From positions 1 through 26,770 of the IMG/VR virus record IMGVR_UViG_3300009151_000314: 26,770 nt of DNA; one strand, 5' to 3'. Shown piece by piece: positions 17,669-24,618 of the stretch. Every line of letters starts with the position of its first letter. Within the stretch, counting starts at the first letter, position 1. Source of the stretch: a virus (lineage: Duplodnaviria; Caudoviricetes). A program made the position numbers and the translations under genes. A model generated the notes under the pieces. That model saw only the letters and a list, made by a program, of their open reading frames with translations, was not told the DNA's origin and made no database searches.

Positions 17669-17838
17669 ATAATAAGCAAATAGTTGCCATGGGTATCCAG
17701 GGCTATTCTATGTCGCAGATTGCGGATCTTTGCAATGCGGCAGTAGAAGAAGTCGAGGAGGTTTGCTTCTCTGATCCGGACTACTTGTCGATTGAGTTTG
17801 GGTTCTATTCTGACGAACTAGTTAAGGAAGCAGCGTAA
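17665..17838 (+). CDS. small HTH-like protein (57 aa, not in ORF track)
   Basis: QGYSMSQIADLCNAAVEEVEEV helix-turn-helix pattern; ends KEAA; coupled on both sides. Confidence 0.6.
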   Translation: MNNKQIVAMGIQGYSMSQIADLCNAAVEEVEEVCFSDPDYLSIEFGFYSDELVKEAA

Positions 17839-18041
17839 TGAGTTACATGAGCAAGTTGGATCTCGAGATTCGAGACGCAGTAGAGGCCGGCGTGTCACCT
17901 ATAGACGTAGTGCGCCAGTATGGCCAGTTGTTTGGCACCGATCAGGTCTATGCCATCATTGAGGAGTACGAAGGTGACTCTGAAGATGACGGGCAGCCTT
18001 CAGAAGCCCAGGAGTGGCATGACTTTGATCCGGACTGCTAA
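17838..18041 (+). CDS. small acidic protein ending DDGQPSEAQEWHDFDPDC
   Basis: AAGGAAG RBS; C-terminal motif recalled from other phage early proteins. Confidence 0.7.
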   Translation: MSYMSKLDLEIRDAVEAGVSPIDVVRQYGQLFGTDQVYAIIEEYEGDSEDDGQPSEAQEWHDFDPDC

Positions 18042-18042
18042 G

Positions 18043-18174
18043 ATGCATAAGAACTACCGCCGTAAGAATCCGGTCGCTAAGGCGCTGTCTAACCCTGTCT
18101 GCCGCCCTAAAGTGGAAGCAGATAGGACCAAGTACCGCCGAGAAAAGCTGAGCGCTAGAGACTGTTTTGCTTAG
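18043..18174 (+). CDS. ArfA-like basic peptide (43 aa)
   Basis: MHKNYRRKNPVAKALSNPVCRPKVEADRTKYRREK resembles the ArfA core (N...ALL.DPLFRQRVE.......Y.RK.K). Confidence 0.55.
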   Translation: MHKNYRRKNPVAKALSNPVCRPKVEADRTKYRREKLSARDCFA

Positions 18175-18403
18175 TAGAACAGATACGATTCTTCGGTGGG
18201 CAGGCACTGTAGCGCTGCTCTCAGCGACCCTCAGCAGATCCTTAGCGCTGAGTCACATAGCGGATATAACGCTGTCTCTGACTGGATGTTTGCTATGGGC
18301 TGTCGCCGCTATACGCCTCAGAGACCGAGCGCTGCTGACTATAAACGGTATCAGTGCTTTGATGCTAACTTACGGATTAATAAGCAGTTTTCTAACTCAT
18401 TGA
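18167..18403 (+). CDS. small three-TM membrane protein
   Basis: ILRWAGT...GCLLW....RDRALLTING pattern. Confidence 0.65.
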   Translation: MLSRTDTILRWAGTVALLSATLSRSLALSHIADITLSLTGCLLWAVAAIRLRDRALLTINGISALMLTYGLISSFLTH

Positions 18404-18485
18404 TTCTAGGTTGAATTTAGTTGTTGCAATTAAATCGCTATTTTGTTATTATTAATAAATGATGAATAACATGGAAAAGCAGATG
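18393..18485 (+). repeat. early promoter cassette copy 3
   Basis: TAACTCATTGATT (18393-405); TTGCAA (18424-29), 17 nt, TATTAT (18447-52); near-identical to copy 2. Confidence 0.85.
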
Positions 18486-18647
18486 AAGACTATCAAAGTT
18501 AGCGAAGCAGAATATCAGATGATTCTGGATGCTCGTGAGGCTCGTGAGGCTGAGCGCTTGTACGATAACGAGACTGGTTGGAAACACCGTGAGCAGAGGT
18601 CGATTGACCAATGCGGTGATGATTATTCTGATTACACTGGGGAATAA
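18459..18647 (+). CDS. hypothetical early protein
   Basis: First ORF after cassette copy 3. Confidence 0.65.
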   Translation: MMNNMEKQMKTIKVSEAEYQMILDAREAREAERLYDNETGWKHREQRSIDQCGDDYSDYTGE

Positions 18648-18648
18648 G

Positions 18649-18840
18649 ATGGGTGATGAAGCAACACACTACACTTTTCGTGTAGGTAATATTGTAGAGA
18701 ATATCTACACCCATGACAGAACCCGGGCAATGATGACTGCGAACAGAAGTTTAGCACAGTATATTACTACACCCGGCACTTGGATGGACTCTACCAGCGA
18801 GAATGAGTTCTATTGGGCAAATGGAAATTTCTGGGATTAA
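18649..18840 (+). CDS. hypothetical protein (start MGDEATH)
   Basis: GGGGA RBS before ATG 18649. Confidence 0.55.
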   Translation: MGDEATHYTFRVGNIVENIYTHDRTRAMMTANRSLAQYITTPGTWMDSTSENEFYWANGNFWD

Positions 18841-18844
18841 TATC

Positions 18845-19258
18845 ATGATGAAAGCAGGCACATATTATGTAGGCGATCTTTGCTACGTTATGAAGGATCG
18901 ATGGGACGAGTTTTGTAAAATCACTATTGTAGAAAATGATTGTTTAGAAGGTGAGTTTCAGTTACTAGACGGAATCAAGTTTGCCTCATATAGCACTCGC
19001 CATGGTGATGGGCTTTATAGAGATAAAGAAGGACGCCAATATCCTGTAGACGCAGGTCTTATTGGGTGTATTCGAGTAGAAGATATCTCCCTTCCATTCT
19101 GGCAGGAGAATCGTGGCGATGTGTCTTGTGGAAATGTGATTGAGTTTCCTCATGACTTTAGCACAGAATCTTTTCAGGGAAGAATGCACTTTGGACATGT
19201 GTACATTGATACCGCAGAAGAATTCTATGAAGAAGAAGAGGAAGATTTTGATTATTAA
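18845..19258 (+). CDS. conserved phage hypothetical protein
   Basis: AGTYYVGDLCYV...GDG.Y...YPVDAGLIGCI; acidic tail. Confidence 0.75.
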   Translation: MMKAGTYYVGDLCYVMKDRWDEFCKITIVENDCLEGEFQLLDGIKFASYSTRHGDGLYRDKEGRQYPVDAGLIGCIRVEDISLPFWQENRGDVSCGNVIEFPHDFSTESFQGRMHFGHVYIDTAEEFYEEEEEDFDY

Positions 19259-19266
19259 TATAAATA
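19259..19266 (+). promoter_or_regulatory. T4-type late promoter
   Basis: TATAAATA directly upstream of the ADP-ribosyltransferase gene. Confidence 0.75.
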
Positions 19267-19291
19267 TATTTTTTAACTTGGGGTGTGTGTT

Positions 19292-20140
19292 ATGAAAAGT
19301 TTAGAAAAAATTTTATTTGAAGTTGGGTTAAAAGTAGATACTTCATTATCTCCTATACCTTGGTCAAAATCTGAAACGTTGCCTGTTGGTAAGTTGCCCA
19401 CAGGCTTTCAAAGAATGGCCGCTGATACCAAAAACCATAATGCGTTTAAACGTGGTGGAAAACCAAAGAACGAAACGGTTACACCAGAACAGAAAGAAGC
19501 TGTCAGGAATTATACAATACAACCTTCGTCACTTAATGACGAAGAAAAACAACATATTGACAATTATTTACGTGCAAATCCTACACAGCATGAAGGACAT
19601 GTATATCGTGGGTTTCACAGCCCCCACCAGCTTTTTTTAGATGCAGACAAAAAAGCAGGACATCCTGTTGAATATGTTGATATCCAACACCCAAATCATA
19701 TGTCAAGCTCACCTAATATAAATGCTGCTGCTAATTTTGGAGAGATGACTGAACCTGGCGACGATTATTACAAATATTTGCCAAAGAACGTTCAAAATAA
19801 AAAGGGTATTCCAGATGCTCGGTATCCAGATGATAGATCTAAAGACAGGCCATATTATGAAGGAATCCATCATCTTTTAAGACTAAAAGTCCCTCAAGGT
19901 TCGCCTGGACATTATATTGATCAACATTCTGAATTTCATTCAGACGATCCATATCAAAATATGCATAGACAGAGTACTGAAGATGAAGTTTTGTTTCCTC
20001 GAGGAACAACTGTTAGAATTCACAGAACTCCAACTTTCCATTCGACCACACCCGGGTTTGGATCCATGCAAAGGAATCATGGACATGTGACTTGGCATGG
20101 AGAAGTTTTACCTTATAATAAGGAAGAAAAAAATGGTTGA
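19292..20140 (+). CDS. ADP-ribosyltransferase (Alt/ModA/VIP2-like, R-S-E class)
   Basis: AVRNYT, HVYRG, HMSSSPN..AA.NF, LLRLKVPQG, TEDEVLFPRG. Confidence 0.85.
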   Translation: MKSLEKILFEVGLKVDTSLSPIPWSKSETLPVGKLPTGFQRMAADTKNHNAFKRGGKPKNETVTPEQKEAVRNYTIQPSSLNDEEKQHIDNYLRANPTQHEGHVYRGFHSPHQLFLDADKKAGHPVEYVDIQHPNHMSSSPNINAAANFGEMTEPGDDYYKYLPKNVQNKKGIPDARYPDDRSKDRPYYEGIHHLLRLKVPQGSPGHYIDQHSEFHSDDPYQNMHRQSTEDEVLFPRGTTVRIHRTPTFHSTTPGFGSMQRNHGHVTWHGEVLPYNKEEKNG

Positions 20141-20164
20141 CATTTAATTAGAAATCATTATAAT
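20137..20164 (+). promoter_or_regulatory. sigma70-type early promoter
   Basis: TTGACA (20137-42), 16 nt, TATAAT (20159-64). Confidence 0.75.
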
Positions 20165-20211
20165 AGTGTATGTTGAATGAATTTTGTTTTGGAAAGTAAG
20201 AGGTTTATATT

Positions 20212-21183
20212 ATGGCTCATGAATTAGAATTTGTAAATGGCGTTGCTCAGATGGCATACGTTGGCGATACCCCTTGGCATGGCTTGGGCAAGAAGGTCCT
20301 TCCAGATCTGACTCCTGCTCAAATGCTTGTTGAGGCGGGTCTTGATTGGAAAGTGAAGAAGGTTCCGCTTTACGCCGAAGTTGGCAAGAAGCGTATCAAG
20401 TCGGGTGCTGAGGCTCTCATTCGAACATCAGACGACAAGGTGCTCACCATTGTCACTGACTCCTGGCAGCCTTGTCAGAATGAAGATGCGTTTAAGTTCT
20501 TTAATGACTTCACGGCAGCTGGTGACATGGAAATGCATACCGCCGGCTCGCTGATGGAAGGTAAACACGTCTGGGCACTTGCCAAGATCAAGGACTCCTT
20601 CGAGTTGTTTGGCGGCGACAAGGTTGATGGGTACTTGCTATTCAGCAATCCTCACCAGTTTGGTAAGAGCATTGATATTCGCTTTACACCCATTCGTGTT
20701 GTCTGTAATAACACGCTGACGCTTTCGCTCAGCAGCAAGAACGACAAGATGGTTCGTGTCAATCACCGCCGAGCTTTTGATGGTGACGCTGTAAAGCAGA
20801 CACTGGGTATTGCCAGCGACAAGTTGGCGAAGTACAAAGAAATGGCTGCGTTCTTAGGTAAGAAGCGCTATAACAACGAGACGGTCGTTGAATACTTCAA
20901 CCGAGTGTTTCCAAAGACCTCGGACAAGAAGAATGAGGGGGAGCGTAAAGGCACGCCAAACAGTCGTGCTGCTCAGTTGGCCATGGTTGCTCTTGATCAG
21001 CAGCCTGGCGCCCAATATGCTCAGGGTTCGTGGTGGTCGGCGTATAATGCTGTAACCTACCTCACGGATCATGAGTTGGGTCGCTCAGCAGACACTCGTC
21101 TGTACAGCGCATGGTATGGCGTCAACCAGACCAAAAAGGTCCAGGCGCTCAACCTCGCTGTTGAGATGGCAGAAGCCGCTTAA
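20212..21183 (+). CDS. DUF932 / TIGR03299 phage-plasmid protein
   Basis: MAHE, PWHGLG, AGLDW.V, TAGSL..GK.VWALA, TPIRVVCNNTL, W.AYNAVT...DH. Confidence 0.92.
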   Translation: MAHELEFVNGVAQMAYVGDTPWHGLGKKVLPDLTPAQMLVEAGLDWKVKKVPLYAEVGKKRIKSGAEALIRTSDDKVLTIVTDSWQPCQNEDAFKFFNDFTAAGDMEMHTAGSLMEGKHVWALAKIKDSFELFGGDKVDGYLLFSNPHQFGKSIDIRFTPIRVVCNNTLTLSLSSKNDKMVRVNHRRAFDGDAVKQTLGIASDKLAKYKEMAAFLGKKRYNNETVVEYFNRVFPKTSDKKNEGERKGTPNSRAAQLAMVALDQQPGAQYAQGSWWSAYNAVTYLTDHELGRSADTRLYSAWYGVNQTKKVQALNLAVEMAEAA

Positions 21184-21189
21184 TCCCCT

Positions 21190-21226
21190 CGTCCTGAGCA
21201 AGACGCCAAACTGCTCATTCTTTTTT
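21190..21226 (+). other. compact H-type RNA pseudoknot followed by a U-tract
   Basis: S1 CGTC/GACG; S2 TGAGCA/TGCTCA; loops of 1, 1 and 6 nt. Confidence 0.55.
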
Positions 21227-21238
21227 ATGGAGACGCAT

Positions 21239-21586
21239 ATGGAAACTGCAGGCCTTATTAAACAACTTTTCTTTTCTGAATTAGAATCCAATGGGAAAAG
21301 AAATTCAGAGATTATTCAAGGTCTTATTAAGCAATATGCAAAAGAGCCTACACAAAGTAATGCAGATAAGCTGCAATATCACTTTGAAATGCATACTGCG
21401 TATAACAAGCTTCTTGATCATTGGCTTAAAAATAATGTTAAGTGGCATAGCAATAAGTTGAGTTCAGAAGGAGCACGGGGGCCTTCAATCACATATACAA
21501 ATGATGCGATTATGGGATTAAACGGACCTGCAGGCACCTTTGTTGTATCCGGAGATAAGTTGGGTAGTTACTTCGGTCCTCGTTGA
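21239..21586 (+). CDS. hypothetical protein (start METAGL)
   Basis: GGAG RBS before ATG 21239. Confidence 0.6.
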   Translation: METAGLIKQLFFSELESNGKRNSEIIQGLIKQYAKEPTQSNADKLQYHFEMHTAYNKLLDHWLKNNVKWHSNKLSSEGARGPSITYTNDAIMGLNGPAGTFVVSGDKLGSYFGPR

Positions 21587-21594
21587 TATAAATA
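21587..21594 (+). promoter_or_regulatory. T4-type late promoter
   Basis: Intergenic TATAAATA. Confidence 0.7.
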
Positions 21595-21623
21595 CCTTGC
21601 GTTTTAATTGTTAAGGAGTTAAT

Positions 21624-21809
21624 ATGGATATTGGAACACTTGTTGCTGGTCTTTTTATTGGGTTCGTAGTTGGCATGGGTCTTATGATTTTTGCACCATC
21701 TTTGTTCTTCAAGTTTGTGAAGGAAGAAGATGTATACGTAGAGCCTGAAGTTGTAGCTCCTGTTAAGAAGGCTAAGAAGAGCACTTCGAAGAAGAAAGAA
21801 TTGGTGTGA
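21624..21809 (+). CDS. small membrane-anchored protein
   Basis: AAGGAG RBS; N-terminal TM helix and Lys-rich tail. Confidence 0.7.
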   Translation: MDIGTLVAGLFIGFVVGMGLMIFAPSLFFKFVKEEDVYVEPEVVAPVKKAKKSTSKKKELV

Positions 21810-21952
21810 ATGTTTCGAAAGAAACACTGTGGCATTTTAGTTGTACGGAATGCAAACTGTGGTGGTCAGTAGCCAACACAGACGATTGGAAACCAAAAAA
21901 ACTATACTGTCCACACTGCGGGAAATTGCATATGATTGAGCATTCCGCATGA
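21806..21952 (+). CDS. small zinc-finger protein (48 aa, not in ORF track)
   Basis: WHFSCTECKLWWS...LYCPHCG; GTGA overlap with the upstream gene. Confidence 0.65.
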   Translation: MNVSKETLWHFSCTECKLWWSVANTDDWKPKKLYCPHCGKLHMIEHSA

Positions 21953-22044
21953 CTATTTTAGGATTGCCCCCATGGCAACTTGCATGGGGTGCGCTAGTGG
22001 TAATCAACTATTTGTATTGGATTATTAAAAGTATAAGAAAATAA
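21949..22044 (+). CDS. 31-aa hydrophobic peptide
   Basis: MTILGLPPWQLAWGALVVINYLYWIIKSIRK; ATGA overlap. Confidence 0.4.
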   Translation: MTILGLPPWQLAWGALVVINYLYWIIKSIRK

Positions 22045-22052
22045 CGGCGCTA

Positions 22053-22060
22053 TATAAATA
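22053..22060 (+). promoter_or_regulatory. T4-type late promoter upstream of small ORF and tmRNA
   Basis: TATAAATA. Confidence 0.65.
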
Positions 22061-22115
22061 TCGGCATTGGTTATGTAATAAAATTGTAATAATTGATACA
22101 ATAAGGATTAATCAA

Positions 22116-22223
22116 ATGCCATATTTAGCAACAATCGCCATATTTACAGACATATCACTAGGAGCAACAATTGTTCTTTTAGGAAAAATTGTGTTTGATT
22201 GTTTTAAGACACAAAAATGGTAG
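22116..22223 (+). CDS. 35-aa hydrophobic peptide abutting the tmRNA
   Basis: TAAGGA RBS; MPYLATIAIFTDISLGATIVLLGKIVFDCFKTQKW. Confidence 0.4.
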   Translation: MPYLATIAIFTDISLGATIVLLGKIVFDCFKTQKW

Positions 22224-22464
22224 TAAACTCTTAAGTAAAGGCGTCTTGGACGAGGGTTCAATTCCCTCCATCTCCACCATACTCCTTTCACAAGGGGGAT
22301 GATCGGTTTCGACAGGATGAGTAATAGTCAAAGGGCTACCGGCGAGGCGACTGACCTAATCAGCGCAAAACTAGTAAATGCAAACGATAGCAATTACGAA
22401 ATGGCACTAGCCGCTTAGCGGTGTAGTATTCCAGAGTTAGACCACTTGGTAACAGAACGGTCAG
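22218..22464 (+). ncRNA. ssrA: circularly permuted (two-piece) tmRNA; tag (A)ANDSNYEMALAA
   Basis: T-arm GAGGG-TTCAATT-CCCTC and CATCTCC-A-CCA (ends 22279) come before GGGGATG (22295). These form a 7-bp acceptor stem with G3:U70, separated by a 15-nt intervening segment. Tag ORF is 22380-22418. Outer boundaries are approximate. Confidence 0.93.
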
Positions 22465-22492
22465 GGCGGCGGTGTAACAACCGCCGTTTTTT
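22465..22492 (+). terminator. rho-independent terminator of tmRNA
   Basis: GGCGGCGGT-GTAACA-ACCGCCGTT followed by a T run. Confidence 0.85.
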
Positions 22493-22495
22493 ATG

Positions 22496-22524
22496 TTGAC
22501 AATATTGTTATTACCGTATATAAT
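22496..22524 (+). promoter_or_regulatory. consensus sigma70 promoter
   Basis: TTGACA (22496-501), 17 nt, TATAAT (22519-24). Confidence 0.85.
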
Positions 22525-22553
22525 ACATGTGTAGTAATTCATTGAGGCGATAT

Positions 22554-22835
22554 ATGGACTTTAAGCAAAAGTTTGAATTTGGGTATTATGAAAACGATAG
22601 TGAAACAGGAAGTCGAATCATTAAGATCGCTTTCGATGGCGATAAAACGGTCGACCAATTTCTTGAAGAAGTCATGCACTTTATGAAGGCCGCGGGATAT
22701 GCGTTTGATGATATTAATGACCGACTCGAAGTCGTCAATGACTTTAAATCCTTTGAGCCCGAGGATACTCTAGATTCAAAAGAAGACGCTCCTTTATCGA
22801 AAGATTGGGCAAATGAATTTAATACATATCGATAA
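22554..22835 (+). CDS. hypothetical protein (start MDFKQKF)
   Basis: GAGG RBS before ATG 22554. Confidence 0.7.
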   Translation: MDFKQKFEFGYYENDSETGSRIIKIAFDGDKTVDQFLEEVMHFMKAAGYAFDDINDRLEVVNDFKSFEPEDTLDSKEDAPLSKDWANEFNTYR

Positions 22836-22845
22836 AAGGTGACAT

Positions 22846-23112
22846 ATGAAATATTCTCTCTATCGACTAAGTGACGGCAAAGGTGCATCAGGCACCTCGT
22901 CAGTCGCTATAGGTCTTAATGAATCTAATGAAAAGATCCAAGAGAGCAATGCAAAGCCTCGTACAGGTGTTCTTATGCAAGTGGGAACAATCGAAGATGC
23001 TTCTGTTTGGGAGACCACACTCATTACAAAGGTTCTAGATAACCGCAAAGACTATGTGCGCTTTGTAACCAAGAGTGGATCAACATACGAATGGGAATGT
23101 TTTGATGAATGA
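22846..23112 (+). CDS. hypothetical protein, paralogue of 24330-24617
   Basis: YSL.RL.DG.G.SG...PR.G....VG...W.TT.I...YV.F.T..GSTYEW. Confidence 0.75.
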   Translation: MKYSLYRLSDGKGASGTSSVAIGLNESNEKIQESNAKPRTGVLMQVGTIEDASVWETTLITKVLDNRKDYVRFVTKSGSTYEWECFDE

Positions 23113-23338
23113 ACTTAAAATAAAAACACCTAGTGAGTTTGCACTAGAAATTGAAACGATTGCTCGCGCACACAACATGGTGTATATTGACGCCGTAATT
23201 TATTATTGTGAAAAAAATAATATTGAAGTAGAAGTGGCAGCATCAATGATTCGACTTAATGCTAATATGAAAGCCAAAGTACAAGCAGAGGCTGAAAGTT
23301 TAAACTTTCTTCCAAAGGTATCGCGCCTACCGGTTTGA
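23105..23338 (+). CDS. 33: late transcription coactivator gp33
   Basis: FALEIE...YIDAVIYYCEKNNIEVE....I....KAKV..EAE.LNFLPK..RLP. Confidence 0.9.
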   Translation: MNELKIKTPSEFALEIETIARAHNMVYIDAVIYYCEKNNIEVEVAASMIRLNANMKAKVQAEAESLNFLPKVSRLPV

Positions 23339-23345
23339 GGTTATT

Positions 23346-23783
23346 ATGAAAGAAGAACTAGACGAATTGCTTTGTAAGAAGTATCCCAAGATTTTTGTTA
23401 ATCGTAACGCACCCATAACTGAAACTGCCATGTGCTGGGGATTTGATTGTGATAATGGGTGGTTTAATATTATTGATAAGTTGTGTTCACAAATTCAGTG
23501 GCATCTTGATCACAATGCAGAAAAAGAAACACCGCAAGTTGTTGCTGCTCAAGTCAAAGAAAAGTATGGCACACTTCGTTTCTATTATGATGGCGGGGAT
23601 CGCTTCATCGATGGTCTGGAATCTATGGCCACAGCCATGAGTGCTGTGACTTGTGAACTTTGCGGCAGTCCTGGTAAACTAGTTGGCAACGGCTGGGTTC
23701 GTACTCTTTGTAAGATCCATGCCGAAAAACAGAATTATAATTGGAATGACGAAGACAAATTAGAAGGGGAAAATAATGAGTGA
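23346..23783 (+). CDS. conserved phage hypothetical protein
   Basis: GF.C..GW, QVKEKYGTLRFY, TCELCG.PG, GWVRTLC..H. Confidence 0.8.
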   Translation: MKEELDELLCKKYPKIFVNRNAPITETAMCWGFDCDNGWFNIIDKLCSQIQWHLDHNAEKETPQVVAAQVKEKYGTLRFYYDGGDRFIDGLESMATAMSAVTCELCGSPGKLVGNGWVRTLCKIHAEKQNYNWNDEDKLEGENNE

Positions 23784-24321
23784 TTATATTGATAAAAAAG
23801 TTCCTGGTACTGTGATCTTTAAGACACGGGTTCGTGATGAGTCTATCGCTGGCGATAATCCATATCGTTGGCAAGATGTAAAGTCTGGCGATTTATTCAA
23901 GCGTAAGCGTACAGTGCTGTTTGCACTTCCTGGTGCATTTACTCCCACTTGTTCTACATTACAACTTCCTAAGTATGATGAATATTTCGTAGACTTTAAG
24001 GAATATGGAATCAAAGCAGTGTATTGCTTGAGCGTCAATGATGCTTTTGTGATGAACTCCTGGGCAAAAACTCAAAACATTGCAAACGTCACAATGATTC
24101 CAGACGGAAGCGGCATCTTCACTAAGAAGATGGGCATGCTCGTCAAGAAAGACAATCTTGGATTTGGTGTTCGTTCATGGCGGTATGCTATGGTTGTTCG
24201 TAATGGTCGTATTGAACAGATGTTTGAAGAAGCAGGCAAGGATCACAATGTTGACAGTGATCCATATGAAGCTTCTAATCCAGAAACAGTTTTAAACTGG
24301 TTGAAAAAAAATCCTAAGTGA
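23776..24321 (+). CDS. peroxiredoxin (Prx5/Redoxin family)
   Basis: LPGAFTPTCS, SVNDAFVM, PDGSG.FT, RSWRYAM. Confidence 0.95.
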   Translation: MSDYIDKKVPGTVIFKTRVRDESIAGDNPYRWQDVKSGDLFKRKRTVLFALPGAFTPTCSTLQLPKYDEYFVDFKEYGIKAVYCLSVNDAFVMNSWAKTQNIANVTMIPDGSGIFTKKMGMLVKKDNLGFGVRSWRYAMVVRNGRIEQMFEEAGKDHNVDSDPYEASNPETVLNWLKKNPK

Positions 24322-24329
24322 TGTAAAAT

Positions 24330-24617
24330 ATGTATTCACTCAAAAGACTTAGAGACGGTATAGGTGATTCTGGCGGCATGAGCTTGGGTATGTGGCTTGA
24401 TGAAAGCAAACCTGAAGGTAATCAGGTTGTATATGAAGAAAATGCTCGCCCTCGAGTCGGCATTGCTTTGCGGGTTGGATCAAAATTCGCTCGCACCATG
24501 ACACATCAAGATTGGTGGCAGACAACGATCATTAAAGAGATCATTGAGGACAGACCTAACTATGTTAAGTTTACAACAGAGAATGGTTCTACTTACGAAT
24601 GGAAAATGCTAACCTAA
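24330..24617 (+). CDS. hypothetical protein, paralogue of 22846-23112
   Basis: Same motif set as 22846-23112. Confidence 0.75.
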   Translation: MYSLKRLRDGIGDSGGMSLGMWLDESKPEGNQVVYEENARPRVGIALRVGSKFARTMTHQDWWQTTIIKEIIEDRPNYVKFTTENGSTYEWKMLT

Positions 24618-24618
24618 C

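Noticed and set aside
16286-18485. Repeats interpreted as a CRISPR array or IS ends
   Set aside because: They are about 1 kb apart, flank genes and contain promoter elements; no cas or transposase gene is present.
18150-18560. Cluster of AGCGCT palindromes
   Set aside because: Irregular spacing; explained by Ala-Leu/Ser-Ala/Glu-Arg codons in a locally GC-richer coding stretch.
22245-22279. Stand-alone tRNA gene or attP fragment
   Set aside because: There is no anticodon arm, and the matching acceptor 5' strand and tag ORF lie downstream, so it is part of the permuted tmRNA.
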